A stretch of DNA of 64,000 nt from the human T2T-CHM13v2.0 reference genome, Homo sapiens. Position 1 is the stretch's first letter, and the number at the start of each line of letters is the position of its first letter. The DNA lies in NCBI RefSeq assembly GCF_009914755.1, contig NC_060937.1; one strand, 5' to 3'. Position numbers and translations under genes: made by a program. The notes beneath the pieces are model-generated. The model saw nothing but the letters and a program-made list of their open reading frames with translations. It was not told the DNA's origin and made no database searches. Of this stretch, positions 53,252 to 64,000 are shown in pieces.

Positions 53252-54022
53252 AGAAGAAGACATCACTCTTAAATGTGTATTCCCTAAGTAACAGAGATCC
53301 AAAATACACAAAGCAATATTAAGAACACCAAAGGGAAAAATGACAAATCCATATTCATAGTTATAATAACTGAGTAATTGACAGAACATGTATATAATAA
53401 AAATCAGTAAGGATATAGAAGATCTAAGGAATACTATCAGCTAATTTGGCCTCACTTACATTTATAGAACACCAGGTTTAGCAACTGCATAATACACATC
53501 GTTTTCAAGTGCATGTGAAATGTTTGTTGAGAAAAGACATGCTGAACTATGAAATGTCTCAATAAATTCCAAGGAATAGAAATCTCACAGAATATATTCT
53601 CTGACTGTTGCAGAATTAAACTAGATATATGAATATCTAGAAAATACCAAACATTTGGAAATTAAATAACAAATAACCCATGAGTAAAAGAAGGAATTTT
53701 GAGACATTTGAAATGTTTAAAATCAATGAAAATGAAAACATAAATATTAAAATTTGGGGTATGTACCTGAAGCAGTGCTAACAGAGAAATTTTTGCCTTA
53801 AATATTAAAAATAAATATTAGAAAAAGAAGAAAAATTTAGAATTGACTATCTACATTTCCACCTTAAGAAGTCTGAAAAAAGAACAAATGAAACTCAATG
53901 TATGTACAGAAAGGAAATAACAAATATAAAAAAATCAATTAAGTAGAAGGCAACTAATAGAGAAAATCAAACAAAGCCAAAGTTTAATACTTTGAAAATA
54001 TTAATAAAATTGATAAACTCTT

Positions 54023-54396
54023 TGTCTTAGCTTGGGCTGCCATAACAAAATACCATAGACTGGGTAGCTTAAACAACAGAAACTTATTTTGTCATGGTTC
54101 TGGAGGCTGGAAGTCCAAGATCAGGATGCCAGTATGCTTGGGTTCTGGTGAGGGCTTTCTTCCTGGCTTGCAGATGGTAGCCTTCTTGCTGTGTGCTCAC
54201 ATGGCAGAGAGAGAGAGAGGTGCAAGCTCTCTGGTGTCTCTTTTTATAAGGGCGCTCATCCCATCATGAGGGCCACACCCTCATAACCTCATCTCAACCT
54301 AGCTATCTCCCAAAGGCTCAGTCTCCAAACACCATCACACTGCACAGTAGTGCTTTGATGTATGATTGTTGGAGGGACACAATTCTGTCCATAACA
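54023..54396 (-). mobile_element. MLT1 (ERVL-MaLR) solo LTR
   Basis: tgtcttagcttgggctgccataacaaaataccatagactgggtagcttaaacaacagaaa...ggaggctggaagtccaagatcagg. Confidence 0.88.
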
Positions 54397-55038
54397 TTCC
54401 AAGCAACAGTAATTAAGGAAAAAAGAGAAAAAACATAAACTATGTCATCAGGAATGAAAGAGGGGAAATCACAACAGATCCTACAGACACTAAAAAAGTT
54501 AATAATAAAATGTAGGAACAATTTTCTTCCAATAAATTCAATAACTTGATTGAAGTGAACAAATTTAAATTCCTTGAAAAATACAACTTATCAAAATGGG
54601 CACAAACAGAAATGAAAAAATGTATCTATTAAGAAAATTGAATTTGTAACAAAAACCTTTCCCACAAATAAAACTCCAGGCCCAGATAGCTTCACTGGTG
54701 AATTCTACTAACATTTAAGTAATAAATAATACAAATTGTACTCTAATTATTTGTCATGTACATATGTCATTATATATTTATGCAAGTACTTCTGGAGGAT
54801 AATGTCCTCAAACTAGATGTGATGGGTCAAAATGTACATGCATTTGTTATTTTGATGGATATAGCCAAATTGCCTTCCATGGGGATTGAACCAATTTTCA
54901 TTCCATCAGCAATGAGAAGACCTGTTTTTCTACACCTTTGCCAACAGATTTATACTAGTTTAAAAAATTTAAACCAGTTTAAAATTTTTCACTGATAGTT
55001 ATTAAACACGTTGATGTGAAATGAGTGATAGAGGATTC

Positions 55039-55172
55039 TTCTCATTGACCAATTACTGGAGCTTTTATTTTCAGAAAATGTGTGTCTTCTTCTTATTTCT
55101 TTGATTTTTCTCACTGACCAATTACTAGAGCTTTTATTTTCAGAAAATGTGTGTCTTCTTATTATTCCTTCG
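55039..55172. repeat. Tandem duplication, 69-bp period, 2 copies
   Basis: ttctca(t/c)tgaccaattact(g/a)gagcttttattttcagaaaatgtgtgtcttctt starts at 55039 and again at 55108. Confidence 0.95.
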
Positions 55173-55337
55173 TATATTTTGTTTTTTTCCTTGTTAATTA
55201 CTGGAGCAAAAATTTAAATTAAGGTGGCATAACAGGGTGGGTGTGTGAGGTCCTTGGAAAGAAGTATGTGGGTGAAGTTTCTTGAGCCCTGCATTCGAGA
55301 TCAGTACCAATCTCTTCCTCCAGAAGATGTTTTATGA

Positions 55338-55764
<427 letters not shown>

Positions 55765-57632
55765 AGGAAAAACTGTTGAAGACTATATGTATGTCTTTAA
55801 TTTAAAGAGATTTGGAAACCGAGTTAGAAGATTCATTTAGGTGACTTCGACTTCCTGCAACATGTCAGTAGGACCTGTCCAAGAAGTTTCTCTTCCCACA
55901 TTAAATATAATAATTCTCAATAAAATATCACATAAAAACCTTGACAAATAACTAAGTGAAAGAAATAAAGAAAGGCAGGTCTCGAAGTGCCAGAAATAAA
56001 GATAGAACTCAAGGTTGGCACTGTTGAGTAGAGAGTGGCTCTATGGTGGCCAACAGGAGAATGAGACTGAATGCAGCACATAGAGGCCCAGGCTGATGCT
56101 AACTTCTTCCCAGCAGGATTTATTTTTGCTTCTGGAAGGCAGTTGGGGTAGGGAAAGTACTATTAATCCAGCCAAAGATTAAGCGAATTCAAAGCTTGGC
56201 TTTAGTCTTGGTGAGCGTCAGCCAATTTCCAGGTGAGTCCTTCTCCCAGCTATCCCTTTCAATGTCTGAACTGAAAGCCTGGGGTATCTATTTAGGGTTT
56301 TTGTTTGCTTGTTTATTCCTTGTTTTGCAAATCGGCAACTGTCTTATCCCTTTGCTTTTTCTTTCTTTCTGGGATCTTCAAGCCCTTGCTACTTTGGCAG
56401 CCCTCTGATGCTTTCAAACAGATGTTTTGTCTACATTGCTCCACTTCTCTTTTTCTCAGCAGTAGCATTTGTTTTGGATAAACTAACTCACCATTATTTC
56501 AACCAGAAACAACCTGCTCGATTACTTAAAATTATATAGTAGATAATGTTAAAATTTCTTATTTTACTTACTAAATGTTTTTAAATTTCCCTTATAAATG
56601 ATATTTTTATTATTTCAGATGACCTATTATGTGAAACTTATTTAGGATAGACTTTTAAGTTTTTATTCATTCATGGGTATAAGTTTTCATTTATTGAGTT
56701 GTGAGCTTTAATAGAAGTAATTACTATTTTGATAAAATGTATGTATGTTCAGCTTTTAATAATAGGACTTTTGAGCATCATTTTTATCCAGTGGTTATGT
56801 TACTAGCAACAATAAGCCGCTACTTTTGTTGAAACAATAAAACTGCATTTTATTTCTGAAATACAAACTATTACTGATTCTTACACAATGTCAAAAATGT
56901 TCTAGGCTATTCTGCTTTTGTTTAGACTATCAAGAGATACTCTAGGCTATAATTCACTTTTTTTTTCTCCTACAGATTCTGAAGATTGCTGTTTTTGATA
57001 TTCAAAAGGAATATTAAAAATTATCCAAAGTCTGTTTCCTATTTCTGAGGTTTTATTTTTAATATTTTATTCTAGGTTTCTGAATTTATAACTATAAAAT
57101 ACTGCTCCCTTACTACTCACAGAAGAATGACAACTTATTAATCATTAGTCAAAAGTAACAATGACATAATTTGAGGATAACATTAGCCTGGTGATTCTCT
57201 ACAGTGTGCGGGGCTGCCCGACATTGCATGTAGCAGCCACGCTGTCCTGTGAGATGGGGGCTGAGCTGGCAGGGACACCTGCGGGGGCGTCTCAGGTGTC
57301 TCGGGCTCTCCCTCGAGGCCCATTTGTCAATGGGCTGTATGATATCTTAGGACAATTAGCTGGATCTGTGAGTTTATGATAGCATTCACCATACATTATT
57401 AATTCAGTTTACTTCTTTCTTGTTGTAGTCTCTATCATATTATTTCCAACTAGTATGGAAGCAATTTGATAATTCCACAAGTAGAATGGCTATACCTGCA
57501 GCTGAAAAAACCTATTTACTGATGAAATACTTCAATACAAAGAAAATTTCTTTTAAGGGTAAATTAATTCTCATTTATAATTTTTGAAATAAGTAATATA
57601 TAATCAGCAAAAATTAAGAAACTACAGAATTA

Positions 57633-57937
57633 GGGCCGGGCATGATGGCTCACGCCTGTAATCCCAGTACTTTGGGAGGCCGAGTCAGGCAGATCACCTG
57701 AGGTAAGGAGTTCGGGCCCAGCCTGGCCAACATGGCAAAACCCCATGTTTCTACTAAAAATGCAAAAAACTAGCTGGGCTTGGTGGCACACGCCTGTATT
57801 CCCAGCTACTCAGGAGGCTGAGGCATGAGAATCGTTTGAACCTAGGAGGCGGAGGTTGCAGTGAGCAGATATGGCGATGCAGCCTGGGCAACAGAGAGAG
57901 ACTCTGTCTCAAAAAACAAGAAGAAGAAGAAGAAAAG
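57633..57937 (+). mobile_element. Alu (AluSx-like)
   Basis: Dimer with (AAG)n tail; TSD aagaaactacagaattagg. Confidence 0.95.
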
Positions 57938-58044
57938 AAACTACAGAATTAGGTAGAATAAAAACTAAAAGAATAAAAAGTAAAAGTCATCCCTGTTCCC
58001 TCCCCATGAACAGTTTGGTGTATGATTGTTCATTCTTCTTCTGT

Positions 58045-58068
58045 ACACACACACACACACACACACAC
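58045..58068. repeat. (AC)12 microsatellite
   Basis: Pure AC run. Confidence 0.95.
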
Positions 58069-58899
58069 GGAGGTTTGTGGCCACAGCCCATGTTTTTCAG
58101 TTCTGTCAGTGTGCAGAGATCTACCTTGTTCTGTTCCATAGCTCCACTATAATTTATTTAACCTTTTCCTTACTAACTGTGAGAAAATTCTGATGATGGA
58201 AACAGGGCAGACAAGGCTTCACTGAGGGGCATGAATGGAAGGACATTAGCGATGTTGCCTGGAGACAGCCTGACTAGTGCACCCCACAGTGAAACTCTCA
58301 AAGTTTTTGAACAATACAAAAAACCAAAACTCACTGTTCTCATGATGTTCATGTTTTCCCCTCTGCCTTCCCTTCCCTTTCTTTCATAAATTCTGTCTTT
58401 GCTCCCCTCCCCCATTTACAACAGTTTAACAGCTATTCTTTACATAAATGAGTAAATGTTTTCCAGATACTAACTAATGCTTCTGGGTTATTCTTTAATA
58501 AGGGATATATATGTCATTTCCATTTTTATACTATTATACATAATTTTGCAAAATCATCCTTATTTTTTTTTGCACTTGAATATTTCTGCAGGGTAAATTC
58601 CTAAAAGTGGGATTACTGCATCAAAAAGGATCTCTGTTTACGATTTTGGTAAGGCCTGTGGGAATGAATTTCTGGTGCTAGATGAGGAGACAGATGGCAG
58701 CTAGGTGGGGCAGACGCACTACACCAGGCAGGAGGCCTTTGGGGTCCTCCCTGTCATATGCAGTTCACAGGTGTCTTCCCACCTTGCCCTGTGCGCTCTC
58801 CTGAGTCTGTGTGATTGAGGGAGAACCTAAGAGAGCACTTGGGAAGAGCCCCCGAGGGCAGCCGGGGCTTGCCGCCTCACCCTTTTGGTTTCACATCCC

Positions 58900-59070
58900 A
58901 GAAATCAGTAAGGCAGGAATTGGAGGCTGCTTCTTGCCTTAGCAACTCGGTGACCTTAGGCAGAACAGTTCAGCCTTCTGAGTGTCCTTCCTCTTCTGTA
59001 AGGGGAGCGTAAACCGTCCTCCATGCAGAACGTGTACTGTGCCTGGCACAGCACTGGGGCATTAGGATCT
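58900..59070. mobile_element. MIR
   Basis: gtgaccttaggcagaacagttcagccttctgagtgtccttcctcttctgtaaggggag...gtgcctggcacagca. Confidence 0.65.
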
Positions 59071-59550
59071 CCAAATTAAAGGCTCACTCTGCGGGATGGA
59101 GGCAGCCACAGCTGGAAGAAGGAACATTTGGGGCCAGAAGTCCCCCTACCTCCGTCCTAAGAGAGAAGATGGGAATAACGACCCTCGCTGAAATGATTGC
59201 TCTCTGGCCAGCTCGCCTCGCATCCACATCCAAATCTGGGAGGCACAGAGCGCATCAGGACATCGGGTTCTGTCAGTGTAATGGGCGTGGCTCCTGACCT
59301 TCTGTCTGTATCAGAGAAGATAAGGGAGAACATTTGAAAGAAAGGAGAAAGAAGATAGCCACTGGAGAACAGAGCAAAGGAGCCAGCAGAAAAAGACGAG
59401 ACGGCTGTAGCCCCACAGGAAGCAGAAACCGATAGGCTAAGTAGGATACACACAAAGAAAAGTAGATCCCGAGAGGCATTTCCCCGAGGGCTTTCATGTG
59501 GTTTCTCGTGAGGAGAAGCTGACTGCAGGGTGTTTGAAAGAACGACTTAT

Positions 59551-59958
59551 GCAGCCATAAAAAATGATGAGTTCGTGTCCTTTGTAGGGACATGGATGAA
59601 ATTGGAAATCATCATTCTCAGTAAACTATCACAAGGACAAAAAAGCCAAACACCGCATGTTCTCACTCATAGATGGGAATTGAACAATGAGAACACATGG
59701 ACATAGGAAGGGGAACATCACACTCTGAGGACTGTTGTGGGGTGCGGGGAGGGGGGAGGAATAGCATTAGGAGATATACCTAATGCTAAATGACGAGTTA
59801 ATGGGTGCAGCACACCAGCATGGCACATGTATACATATGTAACAAACCTGCACATTGTGCACATGTACCCTAAAACTTAAAGTATAATAATAATAAAAAA
59901 AAGAAAAAAGAAAAAAAAAGATTAAATTTCCTAGAAAATCTTTGTTCCAAAAAAAAAA
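59551..59958 (+). mobile_element. 5'-truncated L1PA3/PA4-like element with 3' transduction
   Basis: L1 ORF2 end and 3'UTR (aatgctaaatgacgagttaatggg), two A tracts, and a perfect 15-bp TSD gaaagaacgacttat at 59536-59550 and 59959-59973. Confidence 0.96.
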
Positions 59959-60339
59959 GAAAGAACGACTTATCGTTCTTTCGATCTCTTACGGCTGGAT
60001 ATCTAAGGGCCCATCCAATGCCTAGAGATGGAGGCTGGAGAAGTCCTCTTTGGGGAGATGCGCAGGGCAGGCAGGGAGGGCAGCAGCTGGTGACACGGTG
60101 GCCCTCCCAGGGCGGGGACTGCCTGACCCCTCCAACCCCATCCCCGCGTGGAACAGGTTGCTGAAAAACAAACTCATGTTTTCAGTCCATAGGGCTGAAA
60201 AGGGTCTGTCTATAGTGATTACACACCAATGACTGAATGCAGCCCACATTTCACAGCCGCAGGTCCAGAGTGGAACTGTTTCAGAGAGGCACAGCTATTT
60301 CTACGGGCCGCTCGAAATGGCATGTGTCTGGGAGCGTTT

Positions 60340-60495
60340 CTGAAGACCAGCATGAGATGAGGATGACCTGAGGGACTTATCAAAATGCAGATTCTGGAGC
60401 CCATCCCGGGCTGACTGAATTCGACCTTCTGAAGGTGGGTGCTGGGATGGACATTTTAAGCAACCCCACCGGGTAATTCTTAGGCACACTGAAAT
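60340..60495. mobile_element. MER5-like hAT-Charlie element
   Basis: aaaatgcagattctggagcccatccc...cattttaagcaacccc...taattcttaggcacactgaa. Confidence 0.7.
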
Positions 60496-60543
60496 GGGAC
60501 CATTTTGCTGCTCCTTGCAACCTGGACTAAGCCTGGTTGATTA

Positions 60544-60906
<363 letters not shown>

Positions 60907-60941
60907 ATCAACTCCTAAGTTTATTAAAAATACAGATTTCT

Positions 60942-61341
<400 letters not shown>

Positions 61342-61361
61342 TTATAGCTGGACTTAGCACT

Positions 61362-61693
61362 TGTTATGGATTGAATGTTTGTATCCTCCCTGAAATTCCT
61401 GTGTTGAAATCCTAACCCCCAATTAGGAGGTGGGGTCTTGCGGAGGTGAAGGGGAATAGAATTAGTGCCCTTATGAAAGAGATCCCAGAGAGCCCCCTTG
61501 CCCCTTCAGCCACAGGAGGGCACGGTGAGAAGGCCGTGTCTGTGAACTAGGAGGCAGTCCTCACCAGACATCAAATCTGGTGATGTCTGATTTTGGACTT
61601 TCAGCCTCCAGAATGGTGAAAAATAAATTTCTGTGGTTTATAAGCCACCCAGTCTATGGTATTCTCTTATAGCGGCCTGAACTGATTAGGACA
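61362..61693 (+). mobile_element. MLT1A-like solo LTR
   Basis: tgttatggattgaatgtttgtatcc...aataaatttctgtggtttataagccacccagtctatggtatt...aca. Confidence 0.88.
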
Positions 61694-62739
61694 GCCCTAT
61701 TTTGACGAACATACTTCTGGGGAAACTTAAGATCTTGAGCCCATTGACATTAGCTCCAACTGAAGGGTGTCTGTCTTCAGCACGTAGAAATGTGGTGTAT
61801 GGGGAGGAAACACACAGTGTTAAATTTCAAATCCCACACCTCTTTTAAGGAGGTTAGAGCCTGTGTCACACTTTCAGCCAAGAGTCTCTCTCTGATATTA
61901 ATTCTGAACTTAAATAGTAATTTTTGACAAGTGCCAGGCATACCCCTTCATGAGCAGAATCTAGAAGACCACTCACAGGTCTCTCTTTGAGCTGAAGTTC
62001 AGCCAGAAACAGTCAATTCCCCTCTGGATTTATGCCTTCTCTTCAGTGAACATTGAAGAGTTGAATAGATACTGGCTACCATTGGGAAGAGACTGTTTCA
62101 TGTTGTATTAATATATTTCAAATAGAGAACTAATGTCTAAGTTAATAAGAGATGAATAAAAGTAAATGGTATACAAAGAAATAATTATTTACAGCTTACT
62201 GCTAACCACAATTTAAAATACCACATTAATCCTGAATCTATAAACTTAAAAGTTTGGTTAGGAAAAAGCTAGAAATCAATTATACCTAGAAATAATTTAG
62301 GTTGACAAGCACCTTCACATTTCTGAGGCTGATTAATGATAGAGTCTCTGCTGTCTGTAATATTATCTTTAAAGAGATTCTTGGCTGTAGTTTCACAGTT
62401 AATTTAATTCCTCATCTTGGTGAGATTTTCCCACTGCACTCTGCCATCTGAATGGTTTCAAGGCCTTCTGTTACTTCACCAACTTTTTCCCTATTAAAAT
62501 GGCCTGAAAAGGCCTTGGCCAGCCTGCTCTGTTCTTCCATCAGCATTCACCTAAGTACTCCTCATGGGTGGGAGAAACCATGGCAACAGCAGTTCTGGCG
62601 CATAGGGAGGTTATTCACAGGGCTTCAGAAAACTACTGGCAGGTCCCTCACAGTAAGGAAGCCAATGAGCCTTCTTCCCCTCCCAACAGCCATGCCACAA
62701 AGTCAGGAGAAAAAGGATTGGTATTTCAGATGCTGATTA

Positions 62740-63110
62740 GTTCAACATCCACTTATTGGTACTCAGTATGTGAAGAATCATGTTGAGGCAGGAGCAAAGG
62801 GAATGAGATCAGCTCTTCTCTGTTCAGGAGCCCCTGCCCTAGTAGAGAAGCAGAGAGAACTTAGCAAAGCAGAAACACTCTCAGAGCACCCTGGGGAGGA
62901 GGGTCGGGAGAGATGATGCTGCCTGGAGGGAGGCAGGAGAATCCTCAAGAAGAAGACTTTGAGCTGGTCTAGAAGGACAGGGTGGAGGAAGGGACAGGCA
63001 GGCAGGCCATTCCGGGTAGAAGAGAGCTTGTGTAATGCCCAGAGGTGGGGATAAGAAAATGACCCTTGAGAAACAGCAAGTGCCCTCGGGAAGGTTGAAA
63101 ATGGAGAGCA
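62740..63110. mobile_element. L2 fragment
   Basis: cccttattgg-like start, ggagcccctgccctagtagagaagcagagag, gactttgagctggtctagaagga. Confidence 0.5.
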
Positions 63111-63319
63111 TGGAGACTCCCCATCACTCTCTCACAGACTGAGAGATTAACTGGAAAACTAAGGCTGGACTGTGGTTGGAGGGGTTGGGAAGACAGTGGC
63201 CCAAAACACAGATGGGTGTCAACAAAAACAAAACAAACTCAAAGACAAGCCAGGAAAAGCCTTCTGTCTCCAGTCTAAGGGTCAGTAAAGGGGAAGCCTA
63301 GCAAGACATAAAAATTTTA

Positions 63320-63679
<360 letters not shown>

Positions 63680-64000
63680 TCACCCATGCCAGCAAAGGCC
63701 AAACAGGTTGCTCAGGCTTCTGCCCTAGCAAGGCTGTAATAGGGTGCCCCAACATCCCCACTGGGACAGTGTCAGAAAAAGCAAAGTAGGGAGCTTGGAC
63801 TTTTGTCCCAGCAGGTAACAAGACCCTCCTGCCACATGATGTTAGTGGCGGCCATATTGGGAATCTGGACCCCATCCCACCTAGCAGTAATGAGGCACCA
63901 CTGCCCCTCCCCCAGGTGGTGTCAAAGAAGGTCTAGTGGAGAGTCAGGACTTTCATCAGTGCCTACTAGAAATGAGGCCACCCCCACCATGGTGTTGGTG

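Larger units (their letters stand above)
52680..54720 (+). mobile_element. Old L1M ORF2 (endonuclease-RT) fragments with nested Alu and MLT1
   Basis: A-rich; acatttatagaacac, aaactccaggcccagatagcttcactggtgaattctac. Confidence 0.85.

Noticed and set aside
55039-55207. Repeat-spacer or CRISPR-like pattern
   Set aside because: A simple two-copy tandem duplication without unique spacers, in mammalian DNA.

Overview
Human (primate) genomic DNA from the 13q12.11 connexin cluster (DFNB1 region). The only intact protein-coding sequence is GJB2/connexin 26 on the minus strand: non-coding exon 1 at ~45213-45368, a 3179-nt intron, and exon 2 carrying the whole 226-aa CDS at 41331-42011 plus a ~1.4 kb 3'UTR. 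The CpG island at ~12.8-14.5 kb carries a minus-strand splice donor and is most likely the promoter and non-coding exon 1 of GJA3/connexin 46; that identity rests on known gene order, because its CDS lies outside the window. Between the two genes are an orphan CpG island (~29.5-30.4 kb) and a processed PPIA pseudogene. The rest is ~26 Alus, L1/L2/L3/MIR fragments, MLT1 LTRs, Tigger/MER DNA transposons and microsatellites. I see no new gene system. The best leads are a 29-bp L1 3' transduction inserted into a perfect hairpin, divergently oriented CTCF motifs with upstream modules beside both connexin promoters, an intronic overlapping ORF that c.35delG would fuse in frame to Cx26, a strong-Kozak uORF in the probable GJA3 exon 1, a divergent TATA/Inr promoter, and an ARE/AP-1 motif cluster. 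Repeat subfamilies, TSS positions and comparisons with the reference genome come from eye and memory and need computational confirmation.
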